NCBI GenBank assembly: GCA_964577305.1
Contig: CAZNYS010000008.1
Span: forward strand, 12,635 to 76,634
Direction of reading: 5' to 3'
Length of the DNA: 64,000 nt
Origin: an uncultured Rikenellaceae bacterium
Lineage (GTDB): Bacteria; Bacteroidota; Bacteroidia; Bacteroidales; VadinHA17
In this document: piece by piece, positions 17,076-26,914 of the stretch
Layout of the letters: each line of letters opens with the position of its first letter
How positions within the stretch are numbered: position 1 is the first letter of the stretch
Translations under genes and position numbers: made by a program
Notes under the pieces: generated by a model
The model's database searches: none
What the model was told of the DNA's origin: nothing
What the model saw: the letters and a program-made list of their open reading frames with translations, nothing else

Positions 17076-18168
17076 CTCTTGTTGTTGATGTGGATTTGCT
17101 ATTGTTCCCTGAACTTGAATTGCGCCTTACAGCTTTACTTCCTGAACTCCGGTTACCTGAGCTTTTGACTGCACTGCTGCGTGAGTTTCTGCTGGTTGAA
17201 CTCCTAACTGCACTGTTGCTTGAGCTTCGGCCGGATGAACTTCTAACTGCACTGTTGCGTGAGCTGCTGCTGGTTGAACTTCTAACTGCATTGCTGCTTG
17301 AGCTTCGGCCGGCTGAACTTCTAACTACACTGTTGCGTGAGCTGCTGCTGGTTGAACTTCTAACTGCATTGCTGTTGTTAGTTCTGCCTGTTGAGCTTCT
17401 TACGACAGTGCTGCGTGAAGAAAGATTACCAGTATTATTCCTGTTATTGGTCCGTTCAAGGTTATCTACATTAACCTGTGTTGTCCTTCTGCTATTGTCA
17501 GACCGTACTACATCTGTTGTACGTTGAACGGTATTCCTGTTATAACTTGTCCTGTTTGCACTGGACTCAACACGCCGGCTGTCTTCAGGTCTACTGTAAG
17601 ATGCATACTGTCGTGACGGATAGCGATAATAACTATCGTGGCCAATGTATTTCTGGTAATGATGTTGGGACCTGTAATAGTTATTTGCATAATAGTAGTT
17701 ATTATAGATATGATAATGGTTTCTTATCCTTACCCTGTACCTTACTGTTGGGTATGACCAGTAATAATAATCCGGGTAATAATCCCAGTAGTAATAATCA
17801 GGATAATATCCACCATAGTAAACCCATGGATCGTACCATCCGGTATAATAATATGGATATCCAAAAGTCCAACCAATTCCAAAAGTTGTATTACCGGCAT
17901 ATATACTAATACCCCAGGATGCAGGACGGTAATTATACCAGTATGACTCTGTATAAACCGGGGCATAAAATCCGAAAGATACATATGAACTATGGAAACG
18001 TCTTATTCTGGAGGCGTAGTAGAAATCATGGCCTCTTACCGATGCAGTAACAAGCACACCCGGGCTTGTTTTGTAGTAATCGACCTCTGCAGGTGCCTCC
18101 GCTGATTGTAGTGGAGCTGTTATTGCTAACATTCCTGCTATTAATCCGGTAAAATATTTTGCTTTCAT
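17065..18168 (-). CDS. Secreted paralogue of the Tyr-rich / Ser-Arg-rich protein
   Basis: It has a signal peptide (..APLQSAEA). 26 of 63 residues are Tyr in GYPYYYTGWYDPWVYYGGYYPDYYYWDYYPDYYYWSYP...NNYYYANNYY. The tail consists of 13-aa RSS...AV repeats and ends in GRR like its neighbour. Confidence 0.7.
   Translation of the reverse strand: MKAKYFTGLIAGMLAITAPLQSAEAPAEVDYYKTSPGVLVTASVRGHDFYYASRIRRFHSSYVSFGFYAPVYTESYWYNYRPASWGISIYAGNTTFGIGWTFGYPYYYTGWYDPWVYYGGYYPDYYYWDYYPDYYYWSYPTVRYRVRIRNHYHIYNNYYYANNYYRSQHHYQKYIGHDSYYRYPSRQYASYSRPEDSRRVESSANRTSYNRNTVQRTTDVVRSDNSRRTTQVNVDNLERTNNRNNTGNLSSRSTVVRSSTGRTNNSNAVRSSTSSSSRNSVVRSSAGRSSSSNAVRSSTSSSSRNSAVRSSSGRSSSNSAVRSSTSRNSRSSAVKSSGNRSSGSKAVRRNSSSGNNSKSTSTTRGRR
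17128..17400 (-). repeat. In-frame tandem repeat, about 7 x 39 nt (13-aa RSSxxxxxxNxAV units, also readable as 3 x 78 nt)
   Basis: Residues 257-347 read RSSTGRTNNSNAV / RSSTSSSSRNSVV / RSSAGRSSSSNAV / RSSTSSSSRNSAV / RSSSGRSSSNSAV / RSSTSRNSRSSAV / KSSGNRSSGSKAV. Near-identical DNA copies are visible around 17200-17350. Confidence 0.8.
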
Positions 18169-18263
18169 GACATCCTCCTGCTTTTATATTAACTGTAAGT
18201 TTATTTACTTTGTGCGATAATTTCAGTTTCACTTAACAATTTACAAATTCCATACCAAACACC

Positions 18264-19739
18264 ATGGCAGAATTTTTGACAAAAATGGAAGATAATTATG
18301 CGCAATGGTATAATGACCTGGTAATCAAGGCAGATCTTGCTGAAAACTCTGCAGTGAGAGGATGCATGGTTATTAAACCCTATGGGTATGCTATCTGGGA
18401 GAAGATACAATCTGAACTGGATAAATTATTCAAAGATACCGGTCATGTAAATGCATATTTCCCTCTTTTTATACCCAAGTCTTTCTTTGCAAGGGAAGCT
18501 GATCATGTTGAAGGCTTTGCCAAGGAATGCGCTGTTGTTACACATTACAGGTTAAGAAACAGGCCGGATGGTAAAGGAATAGAAGTTGACCCTGGCGCAA
18601 AACTTGAGGAAGAGCTAATAATCAGGCCAACCTCGGAGACAATTATATGGAATACTTATAAGAATTGGATCCAGTCGTACCGGGATCTACCCATACTTAT
18701 AAACCAGTGGGCAAATGTTGTGAGGTGGGAAATGCGTACAAGGCTCTTCCTTCGGACAACCGAGTTTTTGTGGCAGGAAGGTCATACAGCCCACGCAACC
18801 AGGCAGGAAGCTATTGAAGAAACAAAAACCATAATTGACCTGTACGCTCATTTTGTACAGGATTATATGGGGATCCCGGTACTGAAAGGGTATAAGTCTG
18901 AATCAGAGAAATTTGCCGGGGCAATAGATACATATGCTATTGAGGCACTTATGCAGGACGGTAAATCACTGCAGGCAGGTACCTCTCATTTCCTCGGGCA
19001 GAATTTTGCAAAAGCCTTCGATGTGCAATTCACTGATAAATCAGGAAAACTCAAATATGTATGGTCAACATCATGGGGTGTTTCCACAAGGCTTATGGGG
19101 GCACTGGTGATGGCCCATGGTGATAATCATGGTCTTGTTCTGCCACCAAACCTGGCACCCATACAGGTTGTTATTGTGCCCATTTATAAAGGTAATGACC
19201 AGCTTGATTCAATATCATCCACGGCACTAAAGATCAAATCAGATCTTGAAAAACATGGTCTGAGAGTTAAATATGATGACAGGGATACACATAAACCGGG
19301 ATTTAAATTTGCTGAATACGAACTCAAAGGTGTTCCCTTACGACTGGCTATTGGCCCAAGGGATATAGAGAATGGTACTGTTGAAGTGGCCAGGCGTGAT
19401 ACAATGAGTAAAGAGATAATAAATGTTAATAAGACTGTTGAACACCTAAGTAGCTTACTTACTGATATTCAAATGAACATTTTTAATAAATCATTGGAGT
19501 TCAGAGACAGGAACACCTATAAGGTTGATACCTGGGATGAATTCAGGGATTCAATTGAAAACAGGGGTGGTTTCCTCCTTGCACATTGGGATGGGACAGC
19601 GGAAACAGAAGAAAAGATTAAAAATGAAACCAAGGCGAGCATAAGGATAATACCCTTCGGTAATACATCCGAAGAAGGGAAGTGTGTGTACTCAGGTAAA
19701 CCATCACAAAAAAGAGTGGTTTTTGCAAGGGCATACTGA
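18264..19739 (+). CDS. proS: Prolyl-tRNA synthetase (archaeal/eukaryote-like type, as in Bacteroidota)
   Basis: 491 aa. Class II aaRS motifs are present, and the C-terminus ends in ...ARAY. Confidence 0.93.
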   Translation: MAEFLTKMEDNYAQWYNDLVIKADLAENSAVRGCMVIKPYGYAIWEKIQSELDKLFKDTGHVNAYFPLFIPKSFFAREADHVEGFAKECAVVTHYRLRNRPDGKGIEVDPGAKLEEELIIRPTSETIIWNTYKNWIQSYRDLPILINQWANVVRWEMRTRLFLRTTEFLWQEGHTAHATRQEAIEETKTIIDLYAHFVQDYMGIPVLKGYKSESEKFAGAIDTYAIEALMQDGKSLQAGTSHFLGQNFAKAFDVQFTDKSGKLKYVWSTSWGVSTRLMGALVMAHGDNHGLVLPPNLAPIQVVIVPIYKGNDQLDSISSTALKIKSDLEKHGLRVKYDDRDTHKPGFKFAEYELKGVPLRLAIGPRDIENGTVEVARRDTMSKEIINVNKTVEHLSSLLTDIQMNIFNKSLEFRDRNTYKVDTWDEFRDSIENRGGFLLAHWDGTAETEEKIKNETKASIRIIPFGNTSEEGKCVYSGKPSQKRVVFARAY

Positions 19740-19804
19740 TTGTCTGCCATATTCATTACAGGAATTTTTAGTACATTGCCATATTCAACAATATTGATCT
19801 CTCA

Positions 19805-20497
19805 ATGGAACTTAACGAGCAAAAACTTAAGATCGTAGAAACACTGCAGTATAAGTCGGTTCTCAAACAAAATGTATATGATAATACCGAAGCTGCATTT
19901 GATAAGATAAAAAAACTGCTTGCAGCTTTAACACGTGAAATAAACAGGGATATCATGGATAGCGACAGGAGGATAAGGCTGGTTTATAAGGAAAACGGCA
20001 AATTCGATGTCTCGATAAAAGTAGCAGGTGATATCCTGCTTTTCAGTGTGCATTCTAACGTCTTTGAATTCGACAGGGACCATCCGATCTGGAAAACACC
20101 TTATATCCAAAAGAATAAAGATAATTCATATTCAGGTATAATCAGTATATATAACTTCCTGTCAGATTCATTAAAGTATTCAAGACAGGATGATCTGGGT
20201 TATCTTATTGCCAGAATATTTATTAACCGTGAAAACCAGTACTTTGTGGAGGGCAAGCGCCAGATGGCCATGCTCTTTTCCAACTTCGGAAATGAAGAGC
20301 TGGGAAGGGAAGCACTTAAGAGAATAATCTTTACTGCCATACAATACTCTCTCGAGTTTGACCTACTGGTACCTCCCTATGATAATGTAAAAATAGCCTC
20401 GGTTGGCCAGCTTGAAAAAAAGATTCAGTTATCAAAAATGGTTACAGGCAAAAGACTGGGCTTCAAGTTCAATTCTGATGATGTGCTGAAAGAATAG
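19805..20497 (+). CDS. Hypothetical protein (230 aa), no family recognised
   Basis: Clean ORF with no overlaps. It is followed after 36 nt by the Omp85-like gene. Confidence 0.55.
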   Translation: MELNEQKLKIVETLQYKSVLKQNVYDNTEAAFDKIKKLLAALTREINRDIMDSDRRIRLVYKENGKFDVSIKVAGDILLFSVHSNVFEFDRDHPIWKTPYIQKNKDNSYSGIISIYNFLSDSLKYSRQDDLGYLIARIFINRENQYFVEGKRQMAMLFSNFGNEELGREALKRIIFTAIQYSLEFDLLVPPYDNVKIASVGQLEKKIQLSKMVTGKRLGFKFNSDDVLKE

Positions 20498-20533
20498 TCT
20501 GTGCTGCTGAAAAAAGGTAAAGGAAAAATTATT

Positions 20534-22453
20534 ATGGCTAAATTCAGGCAAATATCATTACTGCTTGGGGTTATAATGTCATTATATACAATACGCTCCT
20601 ATACTCAAACAAATACCTTTCTGAAGCCTGTAAGAGTAGCCGGGGGATCATACGTGAGCATAAACGACTCACTGGTTTACCTCAAAAATGACACAGTCAT
20701 ATACATATCAGACAGCTACATGCCTCAGGACACCAGCATTTATAACCAGACTCTGGTCTTTTATGATTCGCTTAAAGCAAAGGCTGAAAGGAAAAATTTC
20801 ACAAAAATACTCTATGACCTTGTTATTATCCCTCCGGCAAAGGCAAGTTCCAAGAGAATAAATGAGAGAAATATTGATAACTATACTGAGCACAACGGTA
20901 AAATTATAAGGCATATATTCATTAGGAGACTCAATGCATTCGGATCGACAATCAATGATCCCGAGTCTTCCCTGGAAAATGAACCGGAGTTCTTCCTTAA
21001 CAAAACCCATATAAAAACCAGGGAATATATAATTAAGAATTATCTCCTTATTGAAGAAAATGACAGCCTTGTACCACATAAAGTATCTGAAAGTGAACGC
21101 CTTCTGAGGCAACTGCCGTATATTCATGATGCCAGGATTGTCATCATACCGGTAAACAGCATGGAAGTTGACATAATGGTTATAACAAAAGATATTTATT
21201 CATTGGGCTTAATGCCAGATATCCATGGTTATAATGTGGGAAAGATATCAATCTTTGATAAAAACCTTTTCGGCTTTGGTCATGAGCTGGAAGTGGAAAT
21301 CCCATACGATTACAGGAACTATAACTCCATCGGCTTTGGTGCCGCCTACACTTTGAAAAATATCAGCCGGACAATGATCGATGTTAAACTGGAATATAAA
21401 GATGCTTTCAACAGAAGGGTTGCAGGAGTTGATATATCAAGAAAATTCCTGACTGCTTATACAAAATATGCAGGTGGTATAGCGCTATATGAATCATACG
21501 TTTTAGAAGACCTTGACACCCTTACTATACCTGAACCGGTGGAATACAATAATTTTGACTTATGGTTCGGCAGGTCATATCTAATTGATAATAATTTTAC
21601 AAGAGCGGTTATTTCAGGCCGATACATAAATAATAATGTATGGAACAGACCTGAAATAACAAGTACCTCGTATTATGTATATCAGAAATACAAAATTTAC
21701 CTTGCATCCTTTTCTCTGGTATCACAACGATTCTACAAGTCCAATCTGATTTATAATTACGGAAGGAGTGAAGATATACCCTACGGTGGTATTGTTGAAT
21801 TGACTTACGGTAAGGAATATAGTGAATTCGACATAAGAGATTATATTTCCATTAAATCTGCTTTTGGCAACTTTGTTCCTAATGTCGGATATTTATATGG
21901 CCGGGGGATAATATCAACATTTGTGAAAGAGAACAGAACTGAACAGGGCCTTCTTCAATTGCACTTTAAATATATATCCGATTTATATGATCTCAGGTCA
22001 TATAAACTCAGGTTATTTGGAACACTTGACTATAGCAAGGGCTTTTACAGGTATAAGGATGAACACCTTGCTATTGGAGAAGATAACGGAATACGTGGCT
22101 TCAAGAATAATTATCTTTTCCCGGATCAGAGGTTATACCTTAACCTCGAAGCTGTGGCATTCAGTAAAGTATTTTTTTATGGATTCAGGTTTGCTGTTTT
22201 TGGTTTTGCTGATATCGTATTATTTGCACGGGACAAAATGTTCTATGAATATGACAACATGGTGTCAGGTTTTGGCATTGGCTTCAGGGTAAGGAATGAG
22301 AACCTGGTTTTTAAAACATTCCAGGTAAGATTTGGTATATATCCCGGTGCACCACCACACTCAATAATGCAATATGTCGATATCGACGGTGAACGATTGC
22401 TCAATCCACCGGGCTTCGATCCACAGGCTCCCGGTGTAACAAAATTCCGATAA
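20534..22453 (+). CDS. Putative Omp85-superfamily outer-membrane protein (POTRA-like segment plus beta-barrel)
   Basis: The ATG at 20534 gives the signal peptide MAKFRQISLLLGVIMSLYTIRSYTQ (the track lists GTG at 20501). There is a POTRA-like stretch IIRHIFIRRLNAFG...SERLLRQLPYIHDARIVIIPVNSMEVDIMVITKD, and the C-terminal half is rich in aromatic/Gly residues. Confidence 0.5.
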   Translation: MAKFRQISLLLGVIMSLYTIRSYTQTNTFLKPVRVAGGSYVSINDSLVYLKNDTVIYISDSYMPQDTSIYNQTLVFYDSLKAKAERKNFTKILYDLVIIPPAKASSKRINERNIDNYTEHNGKIIRHIFIRRLNAFGSTINDPESSLENEPEFFLNKTHIKTREYIIKNYLLIEENDSLVPHKVSESERLLRQLPYIHDARIVIIPVNSMEVDIMVITKDIYSLGLMPDIHGYNVGKISIFDKNLFGFGHELEVEIPYDYRNYNSIGFGAAYTLKNISRTMIDVKLEYKDAFNRRVAGVDISRKFLTAYTKYAGGIALYESYVLEDLDTLTIPEPVEYNNFDLWFGRSYLIDNNFTRAVISGRYINNNVWNRPEITSTSYYVYQKYKIYLASFSLVSQRFYKSNLIYNYGRSEDIPYGGIVELTYGKEYSEFDIRDYISIKSAFGNFVPNVGYLYGRGIISTFVKENRTEQGLLQLHFKYISDLYDLRSYKLRLFGTLDYSKGFYRYKDEHLAIGEDNGIRGFKNNYLFPDQRLYLNLEAVAFSKVFFYGFRFAVFGFADIVLFARDKMFYEYDNMVSGFGIGFRVRNENLVFKTFQVRFGIYPGAPPHSIMQYVDIDGERLLNPPGFDPQAPGVTKFR

Positions 22454-22528
22454 TGAACATCCCGGGAAAAGGCATCCTGATATTCATCTGCCTTTTTATT
22501 ACTTTTACAATTACGAAACTAATAACTG

Positions 22529-23854
22529 ATGAAAGAACAGTTCGAACAATACCGGCAGCAAAAAAACATTTTTTCCAGGAATGATAAGATTCTGCTGGCT
22601 GTAAGCGGTGGTATCGATTCTGTTGTAATGCTGGATATATTTATTAAGGCAAAATATAATATAGCAGCTGCACACTGCAACTTTCAGCTTAGAGGGATAG
22701 AATCTGATGGAGATGAGGCATTTGTCGAAAACCTTTGCAGCAAGGCCGGGGTAAAACTTTATAAGACGAGATTCATGACTGCTGAATATGCCACTGATAA
22801 GGGTGTATCAATACAGATGGCCGCACGTGATCTTAGATTTGAGTGGCTGGCTAAAATAAAGGAAGAAGAAAATTTTGACCTTGTGGCTACAGGCCATAAC
22901 CTGAATGACAGCATAGAAACCATACTTATTAATCTTACCAGGGGTACAGGTATAAATGGCCTTACCGGAATAAGTCCAAGGTCAGGATATATTATTCGGC
23001 CAATATTGTTTGCAACAAGACAGATGATCCGGGAATATGCTATAAATAATAATATAGAATATCGGGAAGATTCAACCAATATTCAAACAAAATATACAAG
23101 GAATAAAATCAGGCATAATGTTATTCCTGTACTGGAACAAATTAACCCATCGGTTCTTCACTCTATTGATGAAACTTCTGATTACCTTAAATCAGCATAT
23201 ATCATTTATGAACAGGCGATTGCATCGAAAAGGCAGGAAATAATAGAGTACAGTGGTAAAACAGTCTTCGTTAAAACCTCTGAATTAAGCATATTAAAGC
23301 CAGCGGAGACATGGGTTTATGAACTCTTTAAAGACTGGAATTTCGGCAAGCAGCAGGTTGGCGACATCATTCAGCTTATTAATGCAGAAACTGGGAAACA
23401 GCTATTCAGTAACAGCCACATTTTAACCAAAGACAGGGATAGGATAATTATTACTCCTTTAAATACTGAAGAAGGAAAAGTAATTACTATTAATTCTGCT
23501 GATGATTTGAGGAATAACGTCATAATAGAAAGTTATAAAATATTACCACGAAAAAATCTCAATATCAACAATGATTCCGCTTATGCATATCTTGATGCTG
23601 ACCTTATACAGTATCCCCTTACAATACGCAGATGGAAAGAAGGCGATTACTTCTACCCATTAGGCATGCAGGGCAGGAAAAAAATCAGTGACCTTCTTAT
23701 TGATATGAAAATGCCCCTGCCTGAAAAGGATAATATTTACGTTCTGGAAATGAATGGTAAAATAATATGGGTCATAGGCCTTAGGATCGACGACCGGTTT
23801 AAAGTCACTGAATCAACTGTTGAAGTTCTAATAATCCGAAAAAGGATGGGTTAA
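22529..23854 (+). CDS. tilS: tRNA(Ile)-lysidine synthetase
   Basis: The PP-loop LLAVSGGIDSVVM is present and the length is 441 aa. Confidence 0.9.
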   Translation: MKEQFEQYRQQKNIFSRNDKILLAVSGGIDSVVMLDIFIKAKYNIAAAHCNFQLRGIESDGDEAFVENLCSKAGVKLYKTRFMTAEYATDKGVSIQMAARDLRFEWLAKIKEEENFDLVATGHNLNDSIETILINLTRGTGINGLTGISPRSGYIIRPILFATRQMIREYAINNNIEYREDSTNIQTKYTRNKIRHNVIPVLEQINPSVLHSIDETSDYLKSAYIIYEQAIASKRQEIIEYSGKTVFVKTSELSILKPAETWVYELFKDWNFGKQQVGDIIQLINAETGKQLFSNSHILTKDRDRIIITPLNTEEGKVITINSADDLRNNVIIESYKILPRKNLNINNDSAYAYLDADLIQYPLTIRRWKEGDYFYPLGMQGRKKISDLLIDMKMPLPEKDNIYVLEMNGKIIWVIGLRIDDRFKVTESTVEVLIIRKRMG

Positions 23855-24639
23855 TTATCGGTCATTCCTGTATTATTACGAAGCCTGTCAAAAAGATCGT
23901 GTAATTCTTTCTCCTCGTTATTTTCCAGCATCCTTATCAGTTCATCCAGCCTGCTGCTTATTTCGTAAAGCTTATCAACCGAATATTTATTCAGCAGGAT
24001 TCCACTCAGCAGGTAATCATCTTCTGACAGTAAACCGTGTGCTATTTTAAGATGGTTTCTGAAAGTAGTTCCCGGTACTTCCAGCTTTTTCATGCATGCA
24101 GAAAATACGATGGTTGAACTGAATGGTATTGACAGTGAGTAAGCAATTGTTTTGTCATGCTCAACGAAATCATATTCATATATCTTCAGGCCCAGGTCCC
24201 CGTAAAAAGTCCTAAAAAAATCCGTTCCCTCCGGGTCTGATTCTGAAATTATTATAGCGCTTTCTCCCTGCAATTCCTTAACATTTCCAAAGGTGGGTCC
24301 AAACATTGGATGGGTCGAAACAAATCTGAAACCACATCCTGCATAAAACTCTGCCAATCCGTTTTTCACCGATGCTATATCAGAGATAATGCAATCTTCA
24401 GGTATATAAGGCAAGATCTGATTATAGGCTGTTATCGTTTGTTTTAATCCTGTGGCATTTATCAGTAGTTGAGGTCTGAAATCGGCTATTTCATTTAATT
24501 CCTTAAACCTAAATGTATTAAACAGGTATTTCAATTTGCGTGGATCATAATCATAAACTCCCACATCATAATCAAGGCAAAGTGTCTCGGCAAGCCACGA
24601 ACCCATATTGCCAGCTCCTGCTATCAGTATTCTTTCCAT
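23851..24639 (-). CDS. tyrA: Prephenate dehydrogenase
   Basis: It has an N-terminal Rossmann motif IAGAGNMGSWLA and the HPMFGP motif. It is the last gene of the aromatic operon. Confidence 0.8.
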   Translation of the reverse strand: MERILIAGAGNMGSWLAETLCLDYDVGVYDYDPRKLKYLFNTFRFKELNEIADFRPQLLINATGLKQTITAYNQILPYIPEDCIISDIASVKNGLAEFYAGCGFRFVSTHPMFGPTFGNVKELQGESAIIISESDPEGTDFFRTFYGDLGLKIYEYDFVEHDKTIAYSLSIPFSSTIVFSACMKKLEVPGTTFRNHLKIAHGLLSEDDYLLSGILLNKYSVDKLYEISSRLDELIRMLENNEEKELHDLFDRLRNNTGMTDN

Positions 24640-25632
24640 TTACTTAATTCCTCCGTATATTGCCCTGTTTATAAGAGTCAGGTCAGCCAGTGCCAGGGAT
24701 ACAGCTGCTTCTATAATTACCGGTATTCTCAGTGCTATACATGCATCGTGCCTTCCTTCAATCTTTAGAACATCCATTTCATCCTTTTCAATGTTCCAGG
24801 TTTGCTGCTCTTTCGAAATACTTGAAGGCGGTTTAACGGCCATCCTAAGTATTATATCGTTCCCATTACTTATTCCACCGTTAATACCTCCTGCATTATT
24901 ACTGGATGTTTTACCGTCCATACTTATTATCGGATCATTATGCTCTGAGCCCCTCATTGAAGCTGCCCGGAAACCCGATCCGAATTCAATGCCTTTTATT
25001 GCCGGTATTGAGAATACTGCCTGACTTATAGCTGATTCAGTCGTGTGGCAGAGTGGTTCTCCGAGTCCTGCCGGTATACCTGAGACCACACATTCTATCA
25101 AGCCTCCGATTGAATCACCTTCCTCCAGTACTTTGTCTATTTCTGAGTCCACATCTGTACTTCCTCCGGCGCTTATCAGCTCTGCTTTTACCTCTGCAGG
25201 TTTAATTATTAATCTGGCAATTGATCCTGCGACAACCATTCCCCAGGTGAGCCTGCCTGAAAGATGTCCACCCCCACGGTGATCAGAATAACCTTTGTAT
25301 TTTTGCCGGGCAACCATGTCAGCATGACCCGGCCTGGGTATAGCAGTAAATTCACTGTAATCAGAAGAGCGTTCATTAGTATTCCTGGTCATTATCATTA
25401 ACGGTGCACCTGTGCTTACTCCGTTGAACACCCCGCTGACTATTTCCGGCATATCATATTCCCTCCTGGCTGTAGTTCCCTTTTTACCACTTCGTCGCCT
25501 GTCGATATCTTTCAGGATCATTTCATCGTTAATTGACAGGCCGGGAGGACATCCATCAATAAGAACACCTATCCCCGGGCCGTGCGATTCGCCAAATACG
25601 GAAATCCTGAATATTTTTCCTAATGTATTCAT
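24640..25632 (-). CDS. aroC: Chorismate synthase
   Basis: The N-terminus FRISVFGESHGPGIGVLIDGCPPG is the chorismate synthase signature. Confidence 0.9.
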   Translation of the reverse strand: MNTLGKIFRISVFGESHGPGIGVLIDGCPPGLSINDEMILKDIDRRRSGKKGTTARREYDMPEIVSGVFNGVSTGAPLMIMTRNTNERSSDYSEFTAIPRPGHADMVARQKYKGYSDHRGGGHLSGRLTWGMVVAGSIARLIIKPAEVKAELISAGGSTDVDSEIDKVLEEGDSIGGLIECVVSGIPAGLGEPLCHTTESAISQAVFSIPAIKGIEFGSGFRAASMRGSEHNDPIISMDGKTSSNNAGGINGGISNGNDIILRMAVKPPSSISKEQQTWNIEKDEMDVLKIEGRHDACIALRIPVIIEAAVSLALADLTLINRAIYGGIK

Positions 25633-25636
25633 CTTC

Positions 25637-26914
25637 TTATTCTGATATTTTTATTTTTACTCCAAGGTGTAAAAGGTCCCTGAAAAAAGAGGGGTAAGAC
25701 TTATTTACTGATTCAGCTCCCGAGATAATTACACTGCTTTCAGCTGCAACAGACAATACAGCAAGGGCCATGGTTATCCGGTGATCGCCATGCGAATCAA
25801 CCCTCCCGCCTTTTATTACCGAGGGGCCTTCAATTTCAATCCTGTTGCCGTAATTTGAGATCTTTACTCCCATTTTTAAAAGCTCAGTCATAAGCGTATC
25901 TCCCCTGTTGCTTTCCTTTACCTTTAGTCTTTCCGTCCCCCGGATAATAGTTTTCCCACGGCAAAAAGATGCCAGTACTGTAAGTGGTGGAGCCAGATCG
26001 GGGCACTCAGATATGTCAGTCTCAAAAGAGTTTAGTTCAGCCTGTTTTACTGTAATCTCATTTTCAGTCATTTCAACAATAGCACCTGCTTTTCTGAGAA
26101 TATCAATGATTGCAATGTCAGATTGGGTTGACATATAAGATATATCTCTTACTCTAACCTCTCCGGCAATGGCTGCCAGTACAAACAGGAAGGCTGCTCC
26201 ACTCCAGTCTCCTTCAACGATATATGATACAGGTTTGTATTTCTGCAAACCAGGAATATTAAAAACTGCATAATTTTCATTAATAACCTCTATGCCAAAA
26301 TGATATAAAACTCTAATTGTCAGGTCTATATACGGCTTGCTCTTAAGATTATTAACAATAATCTTTGAGTCAGAATCCAGTATGGGCAGAGCAATAAGCA
26401 GACCGGTCAAGAACTGGGAGCTTACTGAACCATCAACAAAAACGAGGCCTCCCTTCAGGGGACCTTTTATCTTCAGGGGCAGGAATCCATTTGTTGTAAT
26501 AACTTCTACGCCCATTTGTGTAAGTGTTTCCGATAACATATTTACCGGACGTTTAAGCAATGACCCGCTACCATGGACTTCTATCCAGTCTTTGTTTAAA
26601 GAAGCCAGCACAGAAAATACCCTTGCTCCCAGTCCCGATTCAGCACAAAATATCTTATTGCAGACCGGATGATAACCTCCTTCAATTATTACCCTGTCTG
26701 AAAGGCTCTTAATATCAGCACCCAGGCATTCAGCCATTTGCATTGCAGCAAGTGCATCTTCACATAATGATGGATTAATAATTTCAGATCTGCCTTCTGC
26801 AAGTAAAGCACAGGCAACAGCTCTTTGCATGGCACTCTTTGACGGTGGTGCATATATAGTGCCATTGACAGATGATGCCTCTACTGCAACTTTCATATTA
26901 AGAGGTTTTATCAC
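25637..26914 (-). CDS. aroA: 3-phosphoshikimate 1-carboxyvinyltransferase (EPSP synthase)
   Basis: 425 aa with EPSP synthase blocks (PPSKSAMQRA, LKVKESNRGD, GDHRITMA). Confidence 0.9.
   Translation of the reverse strand: MIKPLNMKVAVEASSVNGTIYAPPSKSAMQRAVACALLAEGRSEIINPSLCEDALAAMQMAECLGADIKSLSDRVIIEGGYHPVCNKIFCAESGLGARVFSVLASLNKDWIEVHGSGSLLKRPVNMLSETLTQMGVEVITTNGFLPLKIKGPLKGGLVFVDGSVSSQFLTGLLIALPILDSDSKIIVNNLKSKPYIDLTIRVLYHFGIEVINENYAVFNIPGLQKYKPVSYIVEGDWSGAAFLFVLAAIAGEVRVRDISYMSTQSDIAIIDILRKAGAIVEMTENEITVKQAELNSFETDISECPDLAPPLTVLASFCRGKTIIRGTERLKVKESNRGDTLMTELLKMGVKISNYGNRIEIEGPSVIKGGRVDSHGDHRITMALAVLSVAAESSVIISGAESVNKSYPSFFRDLLHLGVKIKISE

Noticed and set aside
17090-17527. 145-aa plus-strand ORF, extremely Leu-rich (…ELLTALLRELLLVELLTALLLELRP…)
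   Set aside because: It is the antisense reading of the Ser/Arg tandem repeats of the 17065..18168 gene. Its periodicity simply mirrors the sense-strand repeat, and it has no start context or promoter box.
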